Notes: generated from the letters alone by a model not told the origin. 63,337 nt of DNA, filler included, from Octopus bimaculoides (GCF_001194135.2; 3 parts of 3 records of this genome joined end to end with filler, not necessarily neighbours in it); one strand, 5' to 3'. Shown: positions 13,774-26,770, counted from the whole stretch's first letter. A program made the numbers and translations.

Positions 13774-14210
13774 CTAAAATACAAAACTTTCTCAAAAATG
13801 TTAAGAATAAACCCTGTTGTATGTGACACATTCTACCAGTATCGGAAGTTTGAAAGTGATTAGGTTTAAAAAAACCAATTAAATAATTTGTACGTCTAAT
13901 CGAATAGATCCAAAATGGATGAAAAGCAAAGTCGATCTCGCCGGAACTGAGAACGTAAAGTCAGACGAAATACCGCTTCTAAAATATAAACTTTTATCAA
14001 AAGCGTTAAATATAAATCCTGTTCTATGTCACATATTCTACCAGTATCGGAAGTTTGAAAGTGTTTAGTTAAAAAACAAAATAATTAAATATTCTGAACG
14101 TAAAAGTTGGCCTCGGAGAAATTTGAACTAAAAAAAACGTAAAGACATGCGAAATACCGTTAAGTACTTCGTCCGGTGGGCTAACGTTTATGCCAGCTCG
14201 TCGCCTTAGA
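13774..14210. repeat. Diverged ~205-bp tandem duplication of (unique unit + SINE A fragment)
   Basis: attctaccagtatcggaagtttgaaagtg is identical at 13830-13858 and 14035-14063; each unit is followed by a SINE A core fragment. Confidence 0.8.
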
Positions 14211-14599
14211 AAGTAAACCTTCATTTTAGAAACTCCCTTCCTCACTTACTGACATGAAATTTCGTAACATTTTACCTCATACCTCTTTTCCTTCTAATTT
14301 TTATTCAATGCGACTAGCAATTCTAAATTCCCCATTCCTTTTTCTATCATTTAAGCCGAAGAAAGGTATACTTTTAATCTAAAATTTTAAAAAAATTATG
14401 TTAATTGAAGATCAATATCTGCCTTACTGCTCCATTGAGGTAACTATTTTGATACAACTTTTTCCTACTGAACCAAATCTCAAACTATTTATGCCAAAGT
14501 ATAGCTGAGGAGGTGTCCTCTTTAAAACTATTAACAGTTTCCAATTTAGTTGAGAATTGAATTAGTGGTGAAGCTGCGATTGACGAAATGGTGGACTTA

Positions 14600-14885
14600 A
14601 CATAATGATAAAAAAAGGATGTCAGAAACATCTAGATAATATCCCAGGAGAATCATGTCTCAAAAAATCCAAAATATTGTGCTGACAATTACTGCCCACA
14701 TCCTTAGACAAACCCTATCAATTTAAATGTCTGTGTTTTATTACATAAATGTATTTCACTACTGCCCTTGCCACTCTCCACTCCAAATCTTTCAGTCATA
14801 CTGTAAAATCTCTTATCATTCACTCGCTCTAAGCCACTGGGTGTGTCTCGTCAAGTGATTGTAACAAACAGATAAAAAGTAAATA
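14600..14885 (+). mobile_element. R4/Dong-type LINE 3' end
   Basis: IMIKKGCQKHLDNIPGESCL/KIQNIVLTITAHILRQTLSI*, then a UTR ending in an AAT/GAT/ACT array. Confidence 0.7.
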
Positions 14886-14957
14886 GTAATAATAATGATG
14901 ATGATGATGATAATAATAGCAATAATAATGATACTGCTGCTACTACTGCTGCGGCTG

Positions 14958-15023
<66 letters not shown>

Positions 15024-15093
15024 ATAATAATAATAATAATAATGACAACGCAGGAATTAAAACTCAGATGCGGGCAATATAAACAGATGAATA

Positions 15094-16140
15094 TTGCAAG
15101 GAGAATCATTCTCACACTTGCTCTTTGTGATTACTCTGGTTACATTATCGACCATCTTACAGAAGACAGATATTTGCTGTCAGGTTGAAAGCAGAGAACT
15201 GAAGATCAACCATCTACTTTTCAGGGATGATCTGAAGCTCTTTGGCAAAAATAAATCAGAAGCTGATTCACTGGTCAGAACCGTCCACTGATACTGCAAA
15301 GTGTGTCACACTAATTACGATCAGCGGTAGACGTGTATTTAGTAGAAGGACTGGATTATCTGATGGAGATTCAATTTTTGACCCTCAGGATAATATGTAC
15401 AGATATTTGAGCAGTTTGGAAGTGGACAAATTCTAAATAAGACGAAAGGAAATGTGAAGGAAGTATATCTATCTATACAGGTTAAAAGTGATGTTGAAAA
15501 TGGACTTCAACGGAATGAAAATTGTTTCTGGTATCAAAGTTTAGGCTGTGCCGTTAGATATATTGTAGCTATATTGAAGTGGAACAAAGAATAGATAGAG
15601 AAGTTTGATGAGTTAAAGCTAAAGTAAATGATCGACAATGGTGCATTACACGCAAAGGCAAATATCTTAATTCTATACACACTGAAGAACCCAGGAGGAC
15701 GACAACATATAAGTGTGAATGTGTGTGTGGTCAGTATTCGAGTAGAACTTTAAGGTATATTGCTAAACGTACAGGCCTATACATTGAAATCATTGAAAGT
15801 AAAGGAAATTGCAAACAGAGACTGCTAACTGAGAAATCGTGCATGAGAGGGAGTATGGAATTTACGAGGTCAATACGAAAGACAAAAGGAGGAAGTAATT
15901 GGTCGACAAAAGGCAGCGAAGGTTAGATGGAAAGAAGATGAAAAGTGTGACACTCACAGAGTGCCTGTCACATTCTTATGCAGAGGGAATATGCAGGGCT
16001 ACGCGATAAAATGTACTTACAACTCCACCGGTTTTTATGTAAGAAATATGGTTTTCATTATGATATCGGTACAAACCAGAGAAGTTTCTAGAAAGTTACA
16101 AATTGCGAAACTCCTGTGGGAATTTACAATCTAGACGAGC
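15094..16140 (+). mobile_element. Degraded R4/Dong-type LINE (RT core to RLE entry)
   Basis: QGESFSHLLFVITL...KINHLLFRDDLKLFGKN (RT domains 4-5; DD at 15226-15231), then degraded thumb and knuckle regions and KLLWEFTI. Confidence 0.8.
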
Positions 16141-16212
16141 TGATTGCAGTTTGTCATGGTGAAAAGTTTCAGGCTTTAAACAAAATGGTGTCAAAACACC
16201 ACAGATAGATTC

Positions 16213-16271
16213 ATGCATTTCGAACTCTTTGTTCTCATCAGCGCCAGAAACTCTCAGTCATGGCATCGCGT
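16213..16271 (-). ncRNA. Hammerhead-ribozyme-like motif (degenerate cleavage site)
   Basis: CUGAUGA (16235-16241), stem II GAAC/GUUC with loop AAAGA, then GAAA. Stem I UGCCA/UGGCG is possible in type III topology. Confidence 0.45.
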
Positions 16272-17685
16272 ATCTCTGCTCATAGTGTATTAACAGAGGT
16301 CACAATTTGCATACTTTTACACATAACTCCCACCTTAGTGACTTTGCCTTCGTTTCTGCTTATGTAGTCGAGAAGATAAATTCCAACTATGTATTGTAAC
16401 ACAAAGAGCACAAATTAAAAAATGTTGCAGCCTTATGGCAATATTATTGATATTACACAATCAATAATATTCTCCTTTACACATTTTATATGCACCCAAC
16501 TGTTTAAATGTTACTTGAATTTTACGTAAATGCCTAAGTACATGCTAAATATTGCATCCATTATTATTAATCAACACCCTTCTAGGATGCCCCTCCGATA
16601 CTTAATTTTCATTCAATTACTAAAATTTAGGTATTAAAATTTAATATAAGCCATATTAGTTATCACCAAGAAACTCCACCAGTACAGCTTAAATACAATT
16701 TATATATCCATGGACGTCCTCTTCCTCTGAACCAACACACATTATGGAGTGTCTGCCAAAAGTTCTGATGCTTCAATATTATGCTTTGAAGATGTGGTTC
16801 ATTTAGTTTACGTGTTCTAACCAAAGCTAATGTCATTAACAGTTTTGTTTGGAGAGACATTAAGATGTGCTAAATCGAGAAAACCACTCTCAAGAAAGCA
16901 GCAATCAAACAATTACATATAGCCATTGTGAAAGAAAAGATATATGTAACAATGGTATCAATTCATTTTTTCAGACATATTGTATCGATTGATGTTAATG
17001 ACAAATGCGATGAACAATACTGACTTTAATAAACGTATTGTTCGCGTTAAAAATTTATTTGCATATTTTTTGTACTTTTAGAGAAATTGTAAACGAACGT
17101 ATGTAAGTGGTCTCTTGTAGTTCACCCTCTACGTAGAATGTTACTCAAGCAAACAATGTAGACCTATTGATACAACTATATGTGCAGGTGTGTGTAAACA
17201 AGAATGTAATAGCAATAATATTCAAATTGAATTAAACCTAATACAAGTATCTTCAAATGTACAAATCATACATTGAAATACAAGCATATATATATATATA
17301 TATATATATANNNNNNNNNNNNNNNNNNNNNNNNNNNNNNNNNNNNNNNNNNNNNNNNNNNNNNNNNNNNNNNNNNNNNNNNNNNNNNNNNNNNNNNNNN
17401 NNNNNNNNNNNNNNNNNNNNNNNNNNNNNNNNNNNNNNNNNNNNNNNNNNNNNNNNNNNNNNNNNNNNNNNNNNNNNNNNNNNNNNNNNNNNNNNNNNNN
17501 NNNNNNNNNNNNNNNNNNNNNNNNNNNNNNNNNNNNNNNNNNNNNNNNNNNNNNNNNNNNNNNNNNNNNNNNNNNNNNNNNNNNNNNNNNNNNNNNNNNN
17601 NNNNNNNNNNNNNNNNNNNNNNNNNNNNNNNNNNNNNNNNNNNNNNNNNNNNNATGTATGTATATATGTATGTATGTATATATTG

Positions 17686-18030
17686 TGAAGGCGCAATGGT
17701 TTGGGCAGCGGACTCGTGGTTTCGATTCCCATACCGAGTGTTGTGAGTGTTTATTTAGCGAAAACACCTAAACTTTCACGAGGCTCCAGTAGGGGATGTT
17801 GGCGAACCCTGGTGTATACTTTCATCACAACTTTCTCTCACTCTTTCTTCCTGTTTCCGTTGTACCAGTATTTCGAAGGGGCAGCCTTGTCACACTCTGT
17901 GTGACGCTGATTCTCCCCTGGAACTACACGTGTCTGTCGAGTGCTCAACCATTTGCACGTTAATTTCACGAGCAGGCTGTTCCGTTGGTCGGATCAACTG
18001 AAACATTCGTCGTGGTAACCGACGCAGTGA
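17686..18030 (+). mobile_element. tRNA-derived SINE, family C
   Basis: ggcgcaatgg (A-box-like), ggtttcgattccc (B-box-like), ~340-bp GC-richer body within TA-rich flanks; single copy in the window. Confidence 0.55.
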
Positions 18031-20871
18031 CACGATATATATATATGTATATTACTCAAAGCCTGTTTGGGACAAGTGTCTATAGTCGTCAGCCATTACA
18101 TAAGCAACTACTATGTACACATTTTGAGATAAATATGTACANNNNNNNNNNTATATATATACATATATATATGTAGAGAGAGAGAGAGAGAGAGAGTGAG
18201 AGAGAGAGAGAGACAGCAAGATATGTAGGTATATATGTATGCGTGTGTGTGAGTGTTTATTTATAGGTATATATGTGCCTGAATTATTCAGTTTTGAAGG
18301 CGTCAACCATATAGATTTCATTTCAATCCGTTAATAAAATTAAAACTACGCAGCTTATAAGCCTCATTGATTAATCAGCAGCTATCATTATTTGGCAAAA
18401 ATGAATTTTTCGTCTGTAGTTGTGTCCTGGCTACAAAACAATTCAAATACATCATTAGCATGTGAACCCATTCTATACTTTGACCTCTATACCCCCAACA
18501 AACAATTATCCGTATATTTTGTTTAATCATACGAAAAGATTATTCATGCCTTGTGTGACTATGAAATATTATTACAAATTATAATTATATTTTCAGGAGC
18601 AGCAGTCTTTCCCTAACCCTAAGGCAATGCTTATCAGTAATAGAAAACACAAGTACATTTATAATACTGTGAAGGCTTGAAAATTTTGTCAGTTGAGAAA
18701 AGCCACGTTTATCATATGGAATGCTCAACCATGCAATGATAATAAAATTTTAAGGAGAGTCGATTGCGCTTGAGTTTGTGACAAAATGCAACGACCGGCT
18801 TACAATATTAGAATGATTTTTTTTAACCGTGGCAGGTTTCCAGATACATTTTGTCTTACATAGTGTATCTAATAACAACGTTTCTTTAATGGGTGAACAC
18901 TATTTTCTGGCGTTGGACACTGATACGGGAATAGCAATTCCATAATGATGAAAGCTCAGAATATTCCATTTGCAAATACAACACAATTTACCTGACAGAT
19001 ACTGAAAAACCTATAAAACGTATTAAAAACTGACCTGTTAGTAATAGCAAGCACATTATCTTCAAATTATACAGTCTTAAAAGCTGTACGACTGATTGTA
19101 TGATGTTCTTTACAAATAGTTTTCGAAAATAACCACCACTAGCACGGACGAAAGATTATTGGTACCGTTTGAGTAGCCAAGAAGTTGCTACATTTTATGA
19201 TGGTTATAAATTGCAAAATGAAATTATTTGTGACTTTACTACAGTATAAGTGAAATAAAATGGCCCCCGCCGGGTATTAAAGTTGAACTGACCGAAGTTT
19301 ACTTCTTACTTTATACACAGAGGAAATGAAGCAGACAAGTTTGTCTCGTACATTAGTTAAAAGCCAATAAGAATGTATAGAAGAGAAGGTGTAATGTACA
19401 GCGCAAACGACATTTCATATCTAGTGCGTTAAGAAATCCCTTATGGGCTTTGATTCAAAATGCAGAATTATAAAACTATATATACTATAATTGACTTTAT
19501 CCGACTTTTACGCGTCTTGGCTAACGTAATTACATTAGATGAAATAAAGATATTCATTTGCAAATTTTGGTACAAGGCCACGAATTTATAGAAAAGTTGT
19601 GCGGTGGGTATAAGCAAAACCAATAATTGATGATCATTTAATTAAAAGGTGAACCCCAAATGAACGAAACCTAAAGTAGGCCTTACTGAGCTTTGCATAT
19701 AGAATGACTTATTGCTGCAGCCTATTGCTACTCCTCTGTTAGGTTATAAGAAATATATAAACACTTTTGACATTGTGAAAAAACAATGAAATTTGTAGAA
19801 GGGCAGAGTTGATTAACTTCTCTACTTGTGTCCGATTGTAAATAGTTCATCAACCGCAGAGTGATGAATGCAGGAGACAACACCTGCGAGATGTGAATCC
19901 ATGTAAAGGGATGTAACTACATTTCAGAAGGCACTTTAGTTCGTAGATATACTAATTCTGTTATCTACCGCAATGTCAGGTGGAAATATTGATTTATTAC
20001 ATATTTAGTCAAAATAATGCTACGCAATGAAAATATTAAAATAAAATAAAAATAAAACTGAAATTCAAGCAAGAGAATAACATTTAAAATTGTAGACGTC
20101 TATACTGAACATTAAATGAATGCAAAAAAAACAAAACAAAAAAACAACAACAAAAGTTAACGAAAATGTAATCTTGTTAACTATTTTATGCTGTTTCAAA
20201 TATTTTGCTTTATTTATATATTTTCTGCTTTTTATCTTTTCATTCATTTATTTTTTGCAATTTAATTATATATTTTCATTGCTCCGTGTTCATAATAGAT
20301 TTAGACTGTTGATAATAAAAATTCCATTAGTTGTGTCTTGGAAAATAAAATAATATAGAATATAATTCATTATAGTTATCATTTCTCTAGGCACAAGGCC
20401 AATTTTTATCTGTGGACGGACATTATATACAGGAGCTGTTTCGTTTTAGTACACACTTTATATTGTATATTATGAAGATATCGCTGTTATGTTTAAACCC
20501 CAGGTCAGTCTTCATCAGGCGGTTCGATGATCATTGGCATAGCAGTCTTGATTATCCTGTCTTTCTTAATACAAGTTACTATAATCTGCAAAGCATCATC
20601 TATGTATTTAAACCTTTACCAGTCGTGTATATCACATGTGGTACATAGGACATATTTCTAGCGACCGTGCATGATATACGATAAACATTTTTTTTTTTAA
20701 CTGCCAGAGTAATTTAAGCTTTATGAAATAAAAGGCTTATATTCCACAGAACCTATGAAAAAGGGATAAATAAGAGTCTGAAAATAAAGCATGCACGTTT
20801 AGGACAAACTTTGAAAATATTTTGGACAGGTAAAGGGCAGAGATGGTTTGTGTGATTTCAGGTAGATTTTG

Positions 20872-20915
20872 CTGTTATATTTACTAGGTAGTACTGTTAT
20901 ATTTACTAGGTAGTA
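20872..20915. repeat. Perfect 22-bp tandem duplication
   Basis: ctgttatatttactaggtagta x2. Confidence 0.95.
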
Positions 20916-21961
20916 CCATATTAGCTCTCCCACTGACGCGAGCATCGTTATGGCTGAAAAAATAGTATTCGATAAGTCTTCTGCTAGTAGCATTTTAAAT
21001 GTTACATGTATATGCGTTATGTAAAACTAATGAGAATCAAGGTAAAAATGAGTTTATCTAAAATTTAGGGATCACAATTTCAAGTACCTTAAAAAATTTA
21101 ACCTTAAGTCTCACTGGTTATGTGGCAATCATCTTTGTAATAAAAAAAAGGCGATAATATTCTTTTGTTACTATAACTATCAAATTCCCCCTCATTTATT
21201 AACATTTTAGACATGTCTGCATCGGCGGAGACAGGGATCAGACAACGCGATACACACATCGATGCCAAGTATATCCAAGACTGGTCCTTAGTACTACGTA
21301 TGTAGATGTAAAAAACCATACGTGTATATATATATATATATNNNNNNNNNNNNNNNNNNNNNNNNNNNNNNNNNNNNNNNNNNNNNNNNNNNNNNNNNNN
21401 NNNNNNNNNNNNNNNNNNNNNNNNNNNNNNNNNNNNNNNNNNNNNNNNNNNNNNNNNNNNNNNNNNNNNNNNNNNNNNNNNNNNNNNNNNNNNNNNNNNN
21501 NNNNNNNNNNNNNNNNNNNNNNNNNNNNNNNNNNNNNNNNNNNNNNNNNNNNNNNNNNNNNNNNNNNNNNNNNNNNNNNNNNNNNNNNNNNNNNNNNNNN
21601 NNNNNNNNNNNNNNNNNNNNNNNNNNNNNNNNNNNNNNNNNNNNNNNNNNNNNNNNNNNNNNNNNNNNNNNNNNNNNNNNNNNNNNNNNNNNNNNNNNNN
21701 NNNNNNNNNNNNNNNNNNNNNNNNNNNNNNNNNNNNNNNNNNNNNNNNNNNNNNNNNNNNNNNNNNNNNNNNNNNNNNNNNNNNNNNNNNNNNNNNNNNN
21801 NNNNNNNNNNNNNNNNNNNNNNNNNNNNNNNNNNNNNNNNNNNNNNNNNNNNNNNNNNNNNNNNNNNNNNNNNNNNNNNNNNNNNNNNNNNNNNNNNNNN
21901 NNNNNNNNNNNNNNNNNNNNNNNNNNNNNNNNNNNNNNNNNNNAGAGAGAGAGAGAGAGAG

Positions 21962-22190
21962 AAATGGAGTTAAACGCAGTTGTTACTGAAATCTTTTTAC
22001 TTCCGACATATGTTTCGATGAAAACATTGGTATCATTCCAGAAGGAATAAAATGGCGTAAAACAATGCAATCTTCTCATCAGAGAAAGAAAGAAACCAAA
22101 CACATCAATAAGGAATAATACCAAGGTTTTCTTCGAAACATATTTCTGAAGTAAAAAAGATTTGAGTAACACCTGTGTTTAACACCATTT
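21962..22190. repeat. ~229-bp inverted repeat (78/79-bp arms, ~87% identity, 72-bp spacer)
   Basis: Arm 21962-22039 is the reverse complement of 22112-22190 with ~10 differences by manual alignment. Confidence 0.9.
22000..22087 (-). ncRNA. Candidate type I hammerhead ribozyme with intact core
   Basis: UUUCU-CUGAUGA-[stem II, 10 of 13 positions paired, G10.1-C11.1]-GAAA-C-AUAU-G-UC-GGAAG; GUC triplet; predicted cut between 22005 and 22004. Confidence 0.55.
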
Positions 22191-22409
22191 ATTTATTTAT
22201 CTATATATACAAAAGCATTTCACCTAAACCTGGAGCTTCTGCCTGTATAAGTAGACTGTTACATCCTTGGTGCTTGTGTGAATTTTTGCTACTCTGGTAC
22301 TATTTATTTTTTTCCGTGTTATTTCTAAACATTGCAAAAATACACGTACATACATACGTACGTACATACATAAATACATACATACATGCATACACACACA
22401 CACATATAC

Positions 22410-22453
<44 letters not shown>

Positions 22454-22454
22454 C

Positions 22455-22923
22455 TTTTCTCTTACTTCTTTCAGCCATTGAATTGTGACCATACTGGGGC
22501 ACGCCTTGAAAGTTTTATTTGAATGCACAGACCCCGGTACTTATTTCTCAATCATGATTTTTACTTTACCGGTCTCTGGTGGTGTAAATCTAAGTTACGA
22601 GGACGTAAGCAAAGCAAGAATGGTCAATACACAGACACACGCACACACATACACACACAAGCACACACACACAGGCACAGACAAACACGTATCCACGCAC
22701 GTATCCACGCACGTATCCACGCACGCGCGTTCACACACATATTTATATATGACGCAGTTCTATTCAGTTTCTGCTTGCCGAACCGAATCACGGACTCATT
22801 TATGGTCATCTCGAGGCTTTAGGTTATACTGGAAGATATTTTCCCGGGTACCATGAGGTGGAACCGAACCTGAAGCCGTACGGTTGGGAAGCAAACTTAT
22901 CACTACTTAGCCAGGCCTGCGCT
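22455..22923 (-). mobile_element. SINE family B, degenerate full-length copy with internal microsatellite
   Basis: Tail at 22455-22620 and head at 22750-22923 match family B; the internal CA-rich tract includes 3x cacgtatccacg (22686-22721). Confidence 0.65.
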
Positions 22924-23121
22924 AATGACAAATATGCGAATCATTTAAACCTTTCCTGTTTCTACTGCAAACCTTTGTCTGATGTGTATACATACATACA
23001 TGCATGCATACATACATATATACATATATACATACACACAGGCATACATATATGCATATATATATGTCTATGTGTGCGCGCGTCTGTGTGTGTATAGACA
23101 TTTACATACATATGTGTGTGT

Positions 23122-23165
<44 letters not shown>

Positions 23166-25029
23166 GAGTATCTCGTATATAATACATAGAGATGTAACTA
23201 TGTTACCGGGGTAAAAGGATGTATACTCACTTTACGTTTGTGAAAAATACACTTCTACGACAACGAATACTAATAATACATGGAACATGTGATACATGAC
23301 AAATTGACAAAGCAACAAACTTAATTAAAAATTTAAAAAAAAGACAGTCAATAATGATGAAACAACAATCAATAAGATCTACTCATTACCACCTACCCCA
23401 CGAGATAAACAAAGAAAAACAATACTATTATTTTAACAACATCATCATCGATGTCAATCAGAGCTCTGAAGATATCGGCTGTTAAATGTTCATTACAGAA
23501 ATCTATATTGATGAATCTAATTGCTTGATGGTTTTAAAATACAAATTAGCAAGGTGTCTGCGACAGGAGTGTGAGCTGTTGTAGTAACAAGATGGAAAAT
23601 ACCATTTGGAAACACATGACGTCATCTACAACAGCAACGGACATACAACGCTATATATACATATGACCACCACCACAGCATCATCGACAACCACCGCAAT
23701 CACAAACTGTTATAACAAAAACAACGACATGACCACGACGGCTACCACCGTCATCATCATCACCACTACTATAATTTTTGTCGCTGCTGCAGTCGTCATC
23801 GCCATAATCAACAAGCTCCCACTACTCGTCCTAACCTTCGTAGCAGGAAAATATTCTCCTCAAAATACAAATCTCCCTGGCGTACTGGCATAGAAACAGA
23901 AAGAAAAAAAATATATATATATGCACGATTAGAAATCAATAAGCTAGAAATATCACAGACCTAGGACCTAAGAACCAAAAAAATCACAACAAAAATATTT
24001 ATACTACCTTTACGACTACTACGACGACGACGGCGTTGACAATGTCAGCAATGGCAGAAGTATTGCCTACCAGCCCACTCACTCGCAGGTGTAGGGAAAT
24101 TAGTTTCCTAGTTTTGGAAAAACCAAGAAAAATAGCTTTAAGGGTAATTTCCGGATATGTTTGGAACTAGATGCTACTCGGAAGCTAAACTAACACCAGT
24201 ACAAAGAATTGATATTTTCCTACTTTTTCACTCAATAAGTTTCAACGTATATATGCTATACAATACTTGCAAACTATTACACGTTCGCGCCAAATATTAA
24301 TCAATTGTATCGTCGTAAACCAGACTGGAATTACCTTCAAAACTGTTAAAAGTTGTTTGCCCCCGACCTTGCTAAATACGAATGAGTGTCTAATAATATT
24401 ATAGCCCACCAACTGATAATGTGTTCTTAAAATTATTGATAAACGATGGCAGATACAGTAGCATGGCTGTGGTTGTATGGCTAAATATGTGCACTGCAAA
24501 CATACTCTGTTTCAGTTGGAGAAAGCGATTTTTCACTTCAGTTCAGTAATGCTGATATTTCGTGGAAGGCAACTGTGTTGAAGCTCATCTTATGGCACGT
24601 GACTATTCTTGGGTGGTGTAAGCAGTTTAGCGGTGCTTTTCTCGTATTTTCCAGTATGCAGGAAACCCCAGGGTTATATTCTCTAGCGTTTCCTTTAAGA
24701 ATGTAACATTATTTCACAGAAATTCTATTCATATTTCTAGTAGATTCTCTCGAAATTATCACAATGAGCAAGTAATTTTTCTTTATTGTTTGTATTTAAG
24801 TACTTAAGAGGGTTCATGCCGATCTCTAAAAATTACAAGACATTCGGAGTTAAGGGTAAATATGTGGTTCAAATGGTGCATTGATTAAATTGTAGATGCA
24901 TACATCTAAGTGTGTGCATCTATTAGATAATCCTATCAGGTGGTGCTATTAAGTTAGACATGGCCTGGACCAATCTTTGGTCGAAACAAATCTAAGTTTT
25001 TCTAAGTTTTTATCCATCTAAGATATCGC

Positions 25030-25760
25030 ACATGGAAAATTATTGGAATGCTTTACAATCTTCACAGTACCACTTAGAGATTGAATTTGGAGATTGTTTG
25101 TCAGTTTCACTTGTTCTTTCTTTGAAAAACCGATTATATTTAGGTTTTTGCATAAATTTGTTAGTACACAGCTGAATGCACCTATGATGATAGGTACAAA
25201 TGAAAACTTAGGTCAGGATATAAGAGGTGTACTTCCGTATTAATACACCATAAATATTCTCTTTTTCCTTAACTTTTGATTGTACATTCACATCCGCTGG
25301 GCAGTTGATCCTCACAACAGTGCATGGCTTTTGTTCTCCGTCCCACAAAATAATATCAGTTTGTTTATGTTTGCATCGAATTCCTGTTTATTTATTGGAG
25401 GGTTCTACAAGTGTTACCTGTTTTCAAAGTTGTGTCTACTCGCTGGTTCTGACATGCCTTTGATGTATATGTCAGGGCAATCGTTCCTGCAAATAGCATT
25501 GTATAAATCATTCCTCGGGGTAGATATCTCGTAAACATTTTGGAGCAACTGCCGATGATGTGGAGGATACCTTCCACAGTGATATGACATAGACGAGATT
25601 TTCTATCACGACGTAAAGGTTTGATGGCATATTTGTCTTATTAGGTATTTAGTAGCTATTTGCTATGCCTGGATGGCGGAATCATGACCTTCTAAGTGGG
25701 TTGTAATATATTTATCACAGGTCCAAGAGAAGCAGCTCATCCTATCAATGCTGTTGATAT
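25030..25760 (-). mobile_element. R4/Dong-like LINE 3' fragment (CCHC knuckle + RLE)
   Basis: Minus translation LCHITVEGILHIIGSCSKM..YLPR ... KHKQTDIILWDGEQKPCTVVRINCPADVNVQSKVKEKENIYG ... FVPIIIGAFSCV ... IQSLSGTVKIVK. Confidence 0.8.
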
Positions 25761-26183
25761 CCTGTAAATTATGGAATACGTAATCTATGTATATGCGTGT
25801 CTGTATGTATAAGCATGCACACACACACACACATAGATGCACACATACGCAACACACACTCATATATACATGAGCAAGCGTGTTTATTATACATAAAAAT
25901 AATCCACATCAGCATAATTTTCGCCCCTGGCTGATAGTGACTGTCGACATAAGTATTATAGGTATCAAATAAATTAGTGTAAGTGGAGTATCTTTGCAAA
26001 AAGATATCAGGAAAAATAAAACAAGAAATTATTTGCTCTATAGTCATATATAGTTTGCATAGAGACCTATTTATAATTCCATGCTCTTTGAAATTTGAAT
26101 CATGAACACAAACACACACACAAATATATATATATACATACATATACACATATATTTAATTATACGCACAGACTCACACAAGC

Positions 26184-26215
<32 letters not shown>

Positions 26216-26770
26216 NNNNNNNNNNNNNNNNNNNNNNNNNNNNNNNNNNNNNNNNNNNNNNNNNNNNNNNNNNNNNNNNNNNNNNNNNNNNNNNNNNNNN
26301 NNNNNNNNNNNNNNNNNNNNNNNNNNNNNNNNNNNNNNNNNNNNNNNNNNNNNNNNNNNNNNNNNNNNNNNNNNNNNNNNNNNNNNNNNNNNNNNNNNNN
26401 NNNNNNNNNNNNNNNNNNNNNNNNNNNNNNNNNNNNNNNNNNNNNNNNNNNNNNNNNNNNNNNNNNNNNNNNNNNNNNNNNNNNNNNNNNNNNNNNNNNN
26501 NNNNNNNNNNNNNNNNNNNNNNNNNNNNNNNNNNNNNNNNNNNNNNNNNNNNNNNNNNNNNNNNNNNNNNNNNNNNNNNNNNNNNNNNNNNNNNNNNNNN
26601 NNNNNNNNNNNNNNNNNNNNNNNNNNNNNNNNNNNNNNNNNNNNNNNNNNNNNNNNNNNNNNNNNNNNNNNNNNNNNNNNNNNNNNNNNNNNNNNNNNNN
26701 NNNNNNNNNNNNNNNNNNNNNNNNNNNNNNNNNNNNNNNNNNNNNNNNNNNNNNNNNNNNNNNNNNNNNN

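Noticed and set aside
18740-18920. ESIALEFVTK..RLTIL / LMGEHYFLAL, faintly like a hAT DESTD region
   Set aside because: Key acidic residues are not conserved; cannot be supported without an HMM search.
20491-20518. CUGAUGA-A-GAC...GUU-UAAAC hammerhead-like string (minus)
   Set aside because: GAAA box absent. It resembles the gctgacctggggctaaac end of a dispersed repeat as I recall it.
21294-22172. Longest ORFs in the track (200-290 aa here and at 9164, 26095, 27756, 32523)
   Set aside because: They are open only because they cross N gaps.
24965-24987. GACCAA/UUGGUC hairpin followed by GAAAC
   Set aside because: Only CUG upstream, with no CUGANGA box and no stem I/III.
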